Notes under the pieces: model-generated
What the model saw: the letters and a program-made list of their open reading frames with translations, nothing else
Told to the model about the DNA's origin: nothing
The model's database searches: none
Assembly (NCBI GenBank): GCA_012295275.1
Contig: CM022670.1
Span: 34,968,001 to 35,032,000 of the forward strand
From: Chrysomallon squamiferum
Taxonomy: Eukaryota > Animalia > Mollusca
DNA length: 64,000 nucleotides
Direction: 5' to 3'
Part shown: positions 26,656-40,000 of the stretch, piece by piece
How positions within the stretch are numbered: the stretch's first letter is position 1
Layout of the letters: each line of letters starts with the position of its first letter
Made by a program: the position numbers and the translations under genes

Positions 26656-28266
26656 TTTCCATCTAATTTATATTTTGACTTGTTAAAACAGGTCTTGTTA
26701 GTTAATTTGTTATTTACTTACTTATTTATTAAACTAAACAATATGTGTTTGTGTGTGTATATGTATATATATATATATATATTACAATACTTTATTAAGA
26801 TTAAATTATGAACCATACGTTGAAGATAACGACGATAATGACGACTATGTCGAATAATTATATCAAAGTATTAAATACAAACTGTGATGAATTGTAAAAT
26901 GTGTTTACGTCAAGAATTATAATTTAACATTTCAGACCAGGTACAGGAGAGCAGAAGTCGGGTCTATAAGGCGGGTAATAAAGAGCCGTCTGTTCATGAC
27001 GAAAACATGAGAAATAAGGTGACTGTCTTCATTTGACGTGTTTTTCTTTTTGTTTTTTCTCTATCACTTGTAATAAAGACAATGATTTAAATCTACCTAC
27101 TTAGTCTGTATTAAAAAAAAAAAAAAAAAAAAATTAAAAAATAACGTACAAAGTTTTAAAAGACATATTATGAACTGTTTGATCAAGCTGTTATAACAAT
27201 TAACATTATTGTTGTTGTTGTTGTTATTGTTGTTGGTTGTGTTGTTGTTACCGATATTGTTTTTTTTGTTTTGTTATTATTGTTGTTGTTGTTGACGTTA
27301 TTATTATTACATATATTTCAACAGATATGACGTAGCTACGTACGTATATGGCTTTCATTTATTGGACAGTTTACACATAAAGTTAGGTTTAACTTTTAAT
27401 GGTTAATTTACAGATAAAACAGACGACGATGATTGTTTTATTTTCAATCTACGTGAATTATTTTTGTTGCAATTTAAATTTTCAGTCAAGCTGGCAAATG
27501 TATCTGGACGAGATTAAAAGAAGCACGTGCAACATGTTTTTAGCCTTTACTGACATCATAAAGTAAGAAAGTATTATTATTTTTATCATCGTCATTATCA
27601 TCATCATCATTATTATTGTTATTATTGTTGTTGTTGTTGTGTGTATGTGCGTGTGTTAGGAAAAAAAGGTAACCTTACTCTGCTATACATTTAACTCTTG
27701 TTATTATTTGTGTATAAAGGTATAGAACACCTGCGGGTCCTGATGCAGATCATTTGGAAATTTCGAAGGTAAACTTGATTAGTTACTAACATATAAAACT
27801 TTTATAACAGAAATTTTTAACCCTTCATATAGGAGGTAAGCAACTTATCTTAACAAACACAATTTTATTACTACAAAAAAAAAAAAAAAATCTTTTGGAG
27901 AAAGATTTTACTATTAATTACGTTATTGTTATACTTGTTACCCTATTCTTCTTCTTCTTCTTCTTTGTGGATTCTGTAACTTTCAACACTTCTCGAACTG
28001 CATTTAAAGACTGTAATAAATGTCCTTATTAGTATAATTATCGTTTTATTCATTTCCCTGTATAATACATTTTAAATATGTTCAGAAAGAATTTCAAAAT
28101 AATCTTTTCTGTCCTTGTTTCTTACAGGTTTGTTTCTCATCATCAAAGTACTGCGTTGATAGCCAGGAATGTTTAATGCAGGAGCAGGGAACTGAAGGGA
28201 CACGAAAATGTCGTGTCAACATAAATCATGTTCCAAAAGGTTTTGTACATTGAACTTATGTATTGA

Positions 28267-28320
<54 letters not shown>

Positions 28321-29137
28321 ACAAATTAATTAATTAAATTATTTATTCATTTAATTTCTTAATTAATTTATTTTAATTAATTTTAAATTATTTTATTTAT
28401 TTATTTATTTATATATATATTTATTTATTTATTTATTTTACGACTGTTTTTGCTTGTCAAATATTTATCTGTTTATTAAGATGTAAGAACTAAACTTTAT
28501 AATAATATTATAGTTTTTAACTGTGTCTTCCATGGTGTGCATGTGTGTGAGTATGCGTGCGTGCGTGCTTGTTAGAAACGTATCGATTTTTAATACGAGA
28601 CACTCAACAAGTTCAAAACAAGCATCTTGGAAGATAAATGTGAATGATAATTGAAGTTATATATAGGGATATACATTTTTCAATAACGCAACTGGTAAAA
28701 AAGACCTACAAAACCTTTTAAAAAAATATATATATATTTTTTAAATAAATCAATTGTTAAATAAGACCTACAGAACTTTTATATATATATATATATATTG
28801 TTAATTAATTATATATCTAATTTTTAAAAATTTTAGTATTTTTTTGTATTTTTTGTTTTTAAAGACGTAATAAATAAGATGAAGTACATAATTTCAAATG
28901 AGTCTTTCATATTTTCGTAATTATATTTTTACAGTTAAGCCGGTCACAAGTCGACGAAAAAAAACCGTCAGCCCAAGAAAGGTCAGTGAAATTCTGAGAA
29001 ATGGCCGGCAAGTCAAAATCAGCTCTTTACCAAGTTCGAAAACACGGAAGCATAAAAAAACAAACTTTTTTGTCCAACGACCAGGGCCTGATTTCCCATA
29101 CAAGCTTTCCAGGCTACTGCCTAGGGCGGCAGGATGA
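25406..29137 (+). CDS. Orphan multi-exon gene with micro-exons, unknown function
   Basis: AG/GT-bounded exons 25406-25478, 25791-25815, 26365-26384, 26514-26555, 26936-27018, 27486-27562, 27720-27768 and 28128-28253 (stop). Alternatively 28128-28239 splices to 28935-29137. They join without stops (…YYGRYKKRTHPFLFGRQSLNRNYARTIKDQVQESRSRVYKAG…SSWQMYLDEIKRSTCNMFLAF…VCFSSSKYCVDSQEC…). N-terminal frame and last exon are ambiguous; no family recognised. Confidence 0.55.
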
Positions 29138-29362
29138 CAGGAGCGTCAGTTTATGTTACATCAATTCGTAATTTTACATCTGATTTATCATTAAATCATT
29201 ATGTAAATGTAAAACCATGTTTTTGCTTTCAACCAGATCATAAGTTACAACCATTCATATTATATAAACTAAGTGGGAAGGGTGAGGTGGACTTGAGCCT
29301 TGAGGAGGGGGCAGTAAAATGTCTTTAGCCTAGGGGCGACAAGCACGTTAAATCCAACCCCG
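29082..29362. mobile_element. MITE with CAGGGCC.GATTT-type termini, inserted in the left arm only
   Basis: Starts cagggcctgattt, ends aaatccaaccccg, with an internal 'gcctaggg' motif near both ends. Absent from the mirror position (~31350-31380) of the right arm. No convincing TSD. Confidence 0.65.
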
Positions 29363-30364
29363 TCGACAAGTATAACATTTAAGTTTATTTTTGAATGTAA
29401 TTCGTACACTGTTATGCTGACATTAAAGTATTTTCTTACTTTTAATTTATTTCTTCCTTTGTTTCTTTGTTTCTTTTTTGTTTCTTTTTTTTTTTTTTAT
29501 AAAAAAAAGAAAGAAATTTGTTTTTAATATTTAATTAATGTCAGTATTCACAGTTATGAAATATAGTTGAAAATATTTTATTATTAAACAGTAAAAATTA
29601 ACATATGTGTAACAAGACAATATTTTAATTCTTAGCTAAATGTGTAATATTTCCAAACATTTCTTCTAATAATTAACTAAATTAAAATAACTCCTTTCAG
29701 TGGAAAAAAAATAAAAATTCTATATATATTTCTAATTTGGGACTTTATCAAAGATAAAATGTTATACTTTGGTAATGGACATATCTACGTACATATGTAT
29801 GTATGTAAATACTATTAGAAATGAGTTCCTTTTATCAAGAATAGTGTTTTACAATCTTTACTGTAAATTAAAAATCTTTAATTTCTGTAACTTTATAAAA
29901 TCTGCTAATATATATCTCAAATATTTTCATACTTATTAATACTGAATGCGAGTGTTGTTTTTTTGCTGTTTTTTGCTGTTTTTTATTTATTAATTTATTA
30001 TTATTATTATTATTATTATAATGTATAATGGATCAGGTTGTAAATTAAAAAAAATAATAATAAGAAGAAAAACAAAAAAATGAAAAAACCTCAGAATTCA
30101 GAACAATAAATAAAAAAAAACGAATTAAAAATAAAAATGAATAAACAATTTATTGGAGTAAACATTAAAAACTATGAAATATAACTATCAGAATAAATTT
30201 GAGAACATTGTAAAGCACCAGGATATACAACATTCTTGGTTTTTCCTTTTAGTATGTGGATGAATAAATTCTTTCCATTTCCAACAGAAAAATGAGATAA
30301 GCATTTTGGAAGATATAAATATAATATTTTATTCCGTTTCCAGTTGATTGTTAGTCAAAGGATA

Positions 30365-30409
<45 letters not shown>

Positions 30410-30468
30410 GTACTGTTTTTCTTGTTACGCTTTTTTGTCCAACGATGAAATAGATAAGATGCACACTA

Positions 30469-30514
<46 letters not shown>

Positions 30515-30830
30515 GTATTATATTGTATTATTATTATTGTTATTTTATTATTAAGTTTTTTATTATTAAAGTTTTACATTATTAGATGTTTTGTTAAATA
30601 TTCAACAAATGTTTTTTGTTTTCCAGCTATCATGAATATAAAAATTGAAAAAGGTTATTTTATAATTTAAAAAAAAGAAAAAGAAAAATATATTGCCCAA
30701 ATCAGTAAATTTGTTTTGTCATAATTAAAGACAATTATTGATAACAAAGAGAGCGTAAGCCTTATCTAAATTATTTTAACTGCACCTGATTTTTATGTAA
30801 CGAATGTATCTCAGTGCAGCTTAATATAGG

Positions 30831-30861
<31 letters not shown>

Positions 30862-31379
30862 TTTCAAAATATCCAGCTTTTGTTTATTTGTAATCTTTTA
30901 ACATGCAAGTGATCAACATATCACCGCTATAATTAAGTGTAGCATTTTATCTTTGATAAAGACACAAATTACAAATATGGAACAGTTTTATATAGAGATC
31001 AGACCACAAGAAGTTTCAGAGTCAGACCACAAGAAGTTCAGAGTCTTTAAATTATTATTTTTTTTATTTTTTTTCCACTGAAAGGAGTTATTTTAATTTA
31101 ATTAATTATTAGAAGAAATATTTGGAAAATATTATACATTTAGCAAAGAATTAAAATATTGTCATGTTATACATATGTTCATTTTTACGGTTTAGTGATA
31201 AAATATTTTCAAGTATATTTCATAACTCTGAATACCGACATTAATTAAATATTATAAATAATAACAATAATAAAAAGAAATTACGTCAATGTCACCATAA
31301 CTGCGCACAAATCATATTCAAAATAAACTCAAATGTTATGGTAGTAGAACGAAAATGCAAAATTGTCATCGGTTATTAT

Positions 31380-31589
31380 AGAACTTGATAAAGATCTGAT
31401 TTTGAGTTGCCGGCCATTTCTCAGAATTTCACTGACCTTTTTGGGGCTAACAGTTTTCTTCCGTCGAGTTTGTCGTGCTCAGCTATAAAAATATAATTAG
31501 AAAATACGAAAGAATCATTTGAAATTATCTACGTTACCTTATTTCATTTACTACGTCTTTGCTTTAAAAAATAAAATAAAATAAAAATT

Positions 31590-31622
<33 letters not shown>

Positions 31623-33513
31623 TTTTTATATTTACTATTACTTTTTTTTTCTTATAGGTGCTGAAAGCTTTATTTAGAAATGTATATCTCTATATAGAAC
31701 TTCAATTATCATTTACATTTTTCTTCCGAGAGGCTTGTTTTAAACTTGTTCAGTGTCTCGTATCAAAAATCCATACTTTTCTAACAACCAAGAACGCACG
31801 CATACTCACACGCATGCACACCATGGAAGACACAGTTAAAAACTATAATATCATTATAAAGTTTAGTTCTTACATCTTAATAAACAGATACACATTTACA
31901 CCAAATTAATTCTGATAAACAAAACCAGTTGTAAAATAAATAAATAAACAAATAAACAAATAAATAAATAAAATAAAATAAATTTAAAAAATAAATTCAT
32001 TAAATGGAATGAGCAACTGGTCTTGACTGTGTCTGTCTCACTTCTAACTGCTGTAAACATAACTCTGGTGGGCAGCATGTGTTCACGATTACTCCAGTTA
32101 TATGGAGATGTTGCTTTTAAACAGAAGAAGAACTTGGAAGGAGACATGTTTCGATATAGCAATGAAATATATAAAAAATAAAATTAAAAAATTAAAACAT
32201 TAACAGAATTCCAATTGTGAAGTACAATTCTCAGATTTTAGTTAGTTTAGTCAATTAGTAGCTTTTGAGACATTTGGATATATATATATATAAAACTGTG
32301 GAATGTCAAATCATGGCATACTTGCACCATGGCTGGACTTCGGAAAGTGGAGTATTTATTGTTACAGAGGGGTACGCCCTAAATCTTCTTGAGATAGTCA
32401 CTTCTACAACAAGAATGCTGTTCAAGAGACTTTTTCACTCATTGGAAATGTGTCATCAAGACGTGCAATGGAAGATGCATTACCGTTGGTGATCACGTCA
32501 GGATCACCACTGACCACACCCACCCATCACATTCAGAGCTTCTGAAGTTCCTCAGCAATATGCGAAAGCGGGCAGTGATGAAACAACACCGTTGAATGCT
32601 GTTTACAATGAAGAGATGGTCAGACAAGACCCAGATCAAGTCTGAGTATTGTCATCATTCCCCAGCATGAGCAGCGCACTGTACACACATTGACTGATCC
32701 CTGCACTTCCCCTGACAAGACCCGACGTGCACCTTACTGGAGGATGGACAGAGACTGGACAGAGACTGCTGATGGCCATCCTTTCCTCTTGACTGCTGGC
32801 GATTATGCAGATTAGATACTGTTATCTGAATGAAGTAAAATGTATAAATAATTATAAGCCTTTCTTTCATTTATTTATTGCCGGTAGCCATACAATATAC
32901 AGCAATGTGGGATCATACCATTTTTATCCGGGTAACGGGCAGAAGACTGAGTGTGCACCAAACCTTGACCTGTGTGTGTTGTTAAAAACTGTATGACAAA
33001 TAGGTGTATGACTAATGGGAGGTAATCGTTCCTATCCTACTGAATCACACACACACACACACACACACACTTATTTGTCATATTGTTTTGTTTAATAACA
33101 GTAATAAATAAGTAAATAAGTAAGACAAATTAACTAACACACTAATTAACTAACTAACTAAATAAATATAAAAGACCTGTTTTAAACCGTAGTAAGTTAA
33201 AATATAAATTAGATGTATGTATATACATTAAATATTAAATACCTTTAATGCTTTTAGAACTGTTACGGTTGACATTTTGTGGACCTGAAAATAAACTAAC
33301 TAACTAACTGACTGACTAACTAACTAACTAACTAAATAAATAAATAAATAAAAGAGAGCTATTTTAAACTATATAAGATAAAATATAAATTAGATGGAAA
33401 TATATATATGTATATATTTATATATATAAAAATGGATGCATTCTAATTGTGGAAACCAATCTAACAATAATGAGTTATATTAATAAATAAATAATTAACA
33501 AAACAGTAACTGG

Positions 33514-33581
<68 letters not shown>

Positions 33582-34225
33582 AATAATTATACCTATACAG
33601 TATACAATCATAATAACGTTTAGAGTCAAAGCATGATGCATATTAATTGTGAAAACAAAAACGATAACAACACAAACAACGCAAAAACAATATTGCATAT
33701 GTAGATGTGTGTATGTGTGTATGTGTGTGTGCGTATTGCAGTTGTTAACAGAAAAATCATTATAATATAAATTGCACCTTCATTTTACTTAATAATTTAA
33801 TAATAGTAATAAATAACTATGTAAGTATGCAAGTAAGTAAGTAAAATAAATAAATAAAAGAAACATATTTTAAACCATAATAAAACAAAATACCAAATAG
33901 ATAGAAATTATTAATTAATTAATTGATTTATTTTAAATATTATTGACCTTTTATGCTTTTAGAATTGTTACGGTTGACACTTTGTCGACCTGAAAATAAA
34001 GAATATTATATATAGCAAATAAAAATGGATGAATTCTGATTGTGGAAAGCAACATGGTTTATATTAATAAATAAATACTTTACAAATCAGTAAGTAACAC
34101 ACAAACAAAAAATACACACACACATACACCAACATATACATTACTATGATTATTAATATTTAAAGCTTAATTCAATACAGTCATGATCTCTGTGTGTAGA
34201 AATCATGTTCTTTAAATTAACAACA

Positions 34226-34321
<96 letters not shown>

Positions 34322-34960
34322 GTGTTTGTGAAAGAGAGAACAGGTGTTTATAGTTTGCAGTTTGTGTGTTTTAAATACGTATGGAAAGAAAGAAAGAGAG
34401 AGCGAGCGAATGTGTATATGTGCATATATGTATATCTTGGTGTTTATATGTGTGCATATACGTATGTGTATAAATGTGCGGAACTGAATAATTTCAGTTG
34501 TTAGTGTTGTTTATATTTTTAAAATTAATTTTCTGATGTGATTTTTTATCTGTGATAAACTCAAACTTTTTACCTCCCATATTAAACTGGAAATAAAATA
34601 TACCAAAAGTATTTCTTGGAGAAAAAAAAAAAAAATAATATAATAATAACTAAAGTAAAATTTCTCTATGCAACTCTATGAAACGTCATCAATTAATTCC
34701 TCTTGGCGACAAAAATTACGTAACTGCTCGGGGTTTCTATAATTAGTTCCTCGATTTTAATTAGTTTTGTTAGTTTTTTTTTTTTTTTTTTTTTTTTTTT
34801 GTTGTTGTCTTGTTGTCTTGTTGGTCTTAAGTATTTGTATTTGGCCAAAAAAAAAAAAAAAAAAAACTGTTCTTTAACACCTCATACTAATATCTCAGAA
34901 ACTACACATGATTGACAGGTATCATTGGAGAGTATCCAGCGACAAGATCGGGCGACATGT
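31380..34960 (-). pseudogene. Decayed paralog of the orphan gene (right arm of the inverted duplication)
   Basis: The exon-2 homolog (~34567-34587) has lost its GT donor, as have the micro-exon homologs (~34016-34035, ~33427-33442). The 42-nt exon is present twice (33948-33989, 33243-33284). The last-exon homolog (31482 downward) has a 1-nt deletion. No homologs of the middle exons were found. Confidence 0.65.
32345..32785 (+). mobile_element. Degenerate FLYWCH-domain Mutator-like (MULE) transposase N-terminal fragment
   Basis: Frameshift-corrected translation: …DSHFYNKNAVQET/THWKCVIKTCNGRCITVGDHVRITTDHTHP…LKFLSNMRKRA/DETTPLNAVYNEE…SFPSMSSALYTH*LIPALPLTRPDVHLTGGWTETGQRLLMA. This is a FLYWCH (FY..W.C..C..H.H) followed by a typical pre-MULE linker; stops and frameshifts are present. 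Confidence 0.75.
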
Positions 34961-35078
34961 TAACGTTGGAAAAAGTGGCTGATTTCACAACTTTGACATG
35001 CGAAAGTTCATTCTTTATAACTGATATCTTTATATCTCTATACAAGAATTAAAATAAATAAATAAATAAATAAAAATA

Positions 35079-35132
<54 letters not shown>

Positions 35133-35859
35133 AAAATAGTTCCAAATTACTGAGTAAAATCTCTGCTAACAGTGCAGACGTCTCTTGGAAAAGGTTAGGA
35201 AAATTAAAGGAAAATGGAAGATTAACCAGACCAACCTCAATAAAACTCTTATTGTTAAAGGAACTCATTTCTAATCCTATTTAAATACATACATACGTGT
35301 GTAGATATATACTTGTATAAATTATAACTGAATTTGTTGTGGGTGTAATTATCGTAATGCAATATACTAATATCACTGCCATCACAAGATATAAAACCTA
35401 ATAAATAAAATAAAATAAAATAAAATAATATAAAATAAAATTTTAACTAAGCATATTAACTAACTACAGTTTTCACGTTTTCTGAAGAATGACCCGTGTA
35501 TTGATATATATATATATATATTTTTTTTTTTACTCTAGGGGTTTTCAGCCTTGATACTGGGTTATTCTATTATTTTATACTTGATAGGTGTGATACCACT
35601 GGCATTGCAATGCACTCTGAAACGTTTTAAAGTGTAGTATTAATAGTACTTTTATATTGCACGCTAGAAACATGACCAGTCCTAAGTGGTTTGTTAACGA
35701 AGCGTAACATTTATTCCAATCAGTTAACATTTCTATAAGGAGAACCCGGATGTAAACATGTTTGGCTCTGTTTTCAAACAATATCATTAACTCCTAATTG
35801 TTGTTTGCTGTCAAATTTCATTTAGCTGTCGCTGTTTTAATAAAACAGCAACAGCAGCG

Positions 35860-37007
35860 ATGGCTGGCCGAGATATTTCAAAAACATTTGAAGAATTTGA
35901 ATGTGATGATATCAGTTTGGAAACGTCTGTTCCCACTGATTTGACGTTGTCTCCTGACCAGAGTGACGGGGAAGGTAGAGGAAATCGAAAAAAGCGCATA
36001 ACAAAACAACTTATAGAACGCAAGCAACTTGTCCATGATATACAGGTGTTGAAAATTGAATTATCACAGAAAAATCTACAGATTGAAAACCTGAAGGCTG
36101 AATATTTACAAAAGACAGAAGAACTTGAAGAAAAACTAAACGACGCTCTTCATCAAAAGCAGATTCTGACAGCTCGACTCGAATCACAACTACAGGTACA
36201 TCATATCTGTCTCTCTCGCTATCGCCCTCTCTCTCACTCTCACACCATTTATACAGTTAAATTTCAAGCCATATGATATACACTTGAAATGTTATTAAAA
36301 CTTTAAAATGTATAGGTTTTACAGAATCATTTGTCTATAATTATATTTATATTATAATAAAAGCAGAACTAATAATAATAATAAAAAGAAGAAGAATGTA
36401 ATATTTAATATATTTAATGTGTTTAATAAACTTTAATGTATTTTTTGTAGTTACAATGTTTGATTAATGTTCAAGGTAGCCACCTAAGATTTTTATTAAA
36501 GTACATTAAAAAAAACCCTACATTTGCAGAATATAATTATTCCATTATAATGTCACATCATGACTACTTTTTAAATTATGTACTATAAATATACTGCTAT
36601 AAAATGGTTAATATATCATTACATTAGACTTATATGTGCATATGTCACTGTGTGTATGTGTGTTTGAACTAATATATTGTGTGCTTTAAGTAGTATTATT
36701 ACACCTCTATTTATTTATTTTTATATACCTTTAAAAAAATTAGATTCAAGAAACAGAATCAAAGAGACGTCAAGATTTAATACGGAAAGAATTAGAAGAA
36801 GTTCGCAGGAGACAACAGCAGTTAGAAGGTGTTAATGAAAGGTTACAGGAGAAAGCTGGAGATGTGAGAAGAAGTCTGAAAGATCTGAGTTTATCTGAAG
36901 AAAAGTACTATGACCTGAAGACTTTGTCAGAAGATGATTTATCTCTCAGAGATTATGTTGCGGTATTAGTTTACTCATTACAATTCAAACAACTTTTATC
37001 ATATCCT

Positions 37008-37068
<61 letters not shown>

Positions 37069-40000
37069 CAATGATCAAAAACATAAATAAAAAAGATTTC
37101 TAAATGTTAAAATTATTTAATTTTTTGTCTAAAGTATAAAAGAATTGTAACTTTTATCTTTTAGAAATGATAGCATGGTAATCTGGAATTTGAATTCATC
37201 TTGTTGATTATAGTCAATAGTTTTACTGTCCAAAATTATACTGATATTTCTTTAGGTGATAGTTATCATGGAATGTTTCTTTTATCTAGCAAAATGAATG
37301 AAAAAATATTTTCTTGCTGTTAATATTTTTCTGTAAAATTATCTTGCTTAGTGAGGACAGTGTCATTATATTTGAAATTTTTCTTTTTTTCTTTATCATA
37401 CTGTGTTTGACATAAATTAATAATAGACAGTATATTACAAAAGAAATATATTTATTCATTAATTCATTTTATTGATTCATAATTAAAACATTGATTTTTA
37501 GCTCCGGTTGTTTGAAGTAGTAAAACCACTGAAGACAGAAATTGATCAGCTTCGACTCAGAAATAAAACTTTAGAGGAGGAAACAAAACTAAATAGCAGA
37601 GAGGTTTTGGAGTTGCAGGAGGTACATTTTAACATCATTATAAAGGCTTTAGAGAAGATTTAATATTTACTGAAAGATATTTATCATTATTTGTTTACAA
37701 AGAGAACTATATAAATGATTACAAAATTTAATATTAAATGTCTAATACCTTTCATTGTACTGTTAAAAGAACAAAATAAAACACATCACTGTACCCAGTC
37801 CTCAAGGAAAAATATTCTTAATTTGTTACTATATCCTTGTTTGTGTTACTATTAATATCATTTCAGTATGTTTTCTAGTTATATCTTCCAACTTACAATT
37901 ATATTCATGTTAGTTTTTAACTTTGTCTTCCATGGTGTTCATGCATGTGAGTATATGCATGCATGCCTGCTTGTTAGAACAGTATGGACTTTTAATACAT
38001 AACAAGTTCAAAACAAGCTGCTCAGAAGAAAAATGCAAATGATAATTGAAATTATATATTTCAGCAACTAGCTGAAGAAAGACAGGCCCATGGAGAATTG
38101 CGGGTTGGATATCAGAAGTTATGCGAGAGCTTGTTAGAAACCAAGGACAAACTGCAGCATGATAATTTCAGAGTTGAGAACTACGACAAAGTGAAAGGGT
38201 AAAAATAAATGTTTACAGTCAACCTGCCTTATATGTGGTTTTGGCATCCTGGCTGTTTATAAAGATATATATTCTGAAGATTTAAAAATTTTGAGACATA
38301 AAATGTGTAATATGCATGCTTTCTGGTGGTTTTCAATAAAACAGAGGAATGTGTTAACTGTATAACTGATGTTTAATTAATGTAGTAATACATAGGACTG
38401 TTGATGGCTGAAAGTGGAGAAATATTTTTAAGTATTCCACAATTATCAGTAACAGTATTTTATTAAAATTTGTTTACAGTATTTAAGTTATATTGAGTAA
38501 AGATTGTATTAAATTGTGTTGAATATTATTTCATTCAAATTTAATAATAGTAACAAATGGCTTAATTCTTAACATTTTAATTTCTGCATGCCAGTATTCA
38601 TCTGACCAGAAGTGCATGGCAGAATAATTCCTGAACAGTATTATTAAGTTTCTGTTACATTTTTTTTTAATGACATTGTAAAATTAATAACATGTTACAT
38701 ATTTGAATCAATAATAAAATAATAAAAATTTCTGGAGTAATAATTGAGAAATACTTGAGAAATACTTTTTTTTTATTAATTTCTTTCTTTCTTTCTTTTA
38801 AAAAAAAAAAAAAAACAAAAAGGAGAAATTATTTATTTTGTTAATTATTAAATAGAGAGAGAGACAATCTAGAGAGTGATCATCTAGATGTTCATCGACA
38901 GTTGTCTGTGTTGGAAGCTGCTCATGGAATCCTACAGAAAGAGAGAGATGACCTTTGTAGAGAGGTTCGTCACTATTACCATTCTGTTACACACAGAAAT
39001 TAGACTGTCTAAGATAAAGATCTTTATTGCAAAATATAGATATCTTCCAGGATTTGTGGATCCATAGTTATTAATTATTCTCTGGCATATCTTTTTTTAA
39101 ATTAAACAATTAATATTGTTCTGTTTTCTGATATACTTGTAATGTATAGGCGTATGACATAAATCATTTCAGTTACTGCAAAATACAGATACACCCAGGA
39201 TACATTTTTAAATTAACCAGTTGAATAGTGTATGCTCTATCTTACATATGTTTAGTACATTTACAGTTTTGCACAATGATTCATTTAAATACGTAGGGAA
39301 TGTCTGTATTTAGCAAAAGATGATAAAGCAGTATCTTGTGCTCTTCTTGTTTTTATCTAACATTTTACATGATTATGTAATCCCAAAAGAGAAGAAATTA
39401 CAAAACAAAGCAATGAATTATGCTTTATTTTTATCCAGAGAGTCAGTTTTAAATGCCTGCTGTATTTTTGTATTTGTTTTTTTATGTTCTGTTCTAGTAC
39501 TATGCTGTGTTTTTTCTTATTTAATTATTTTATTTTTTTCAAATTATGTAATAAAGAGGAAGTCTAGATTATAACATATATATATATTTTTTTTCTCACT
39601 TTTGTAGTAAGCAAGATAATGAGTTATAATTTTGTTTCTCAAAACAGCTGGCTACAGCTAAGCAGTCACTAGCTCTGCTAAAACAAGACAAGGATTATCT
39701 AGTAAAACAGGTTGCTGATTATTCAAACAGAGCTTCATTTGCAGAGGAAAAACTTCAACAACTCAATCGACAGCTTGATGACTGTAAGGCTGCAAGAGAA
39801 GAGATGTATGAAAAGTATATAAGTTCAAGGTAAGCTTTGGTTTTGTTCTGTTTCTTTTTTCTTTAATTTTTAATTTAATCTTTAATTTCTTTTCTATTTC
39901 TTTTTTTTCTTGTGTTTTCTGTATTTTTTTCTATATTTTTTTAACCTTCTGTTTTCTGTTTTGTGTTTTCTTTCTTCTACTTTTTTTTTCTATTTTACTT

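Larger units (their letters stand above)
25640..34760. repeat. Large imperfect inverted duplication: left arm ~25640-29770, right arm ~30930-34760, spacer ~1.15 kb
   Basis: Collinear reverse-complement matches: 25640-25900/34470-34760, 26080-26560/33940-34230, 28440-28660/31690-31932, 28861-29037/31381-31560, 29371-29435/31278-31350, 29525-29710/31065-31255, 29743-29770/30935-30962. Confidence 0.9.

Noticed and set aside
32655-32870. Minus-strand ORF with CQGKCRDQSMCVQC resembling an integrin-beta tail
   Set aside because: It is the antisense of the FLYWCH/MULE relic, which explains a longer region more coherently.
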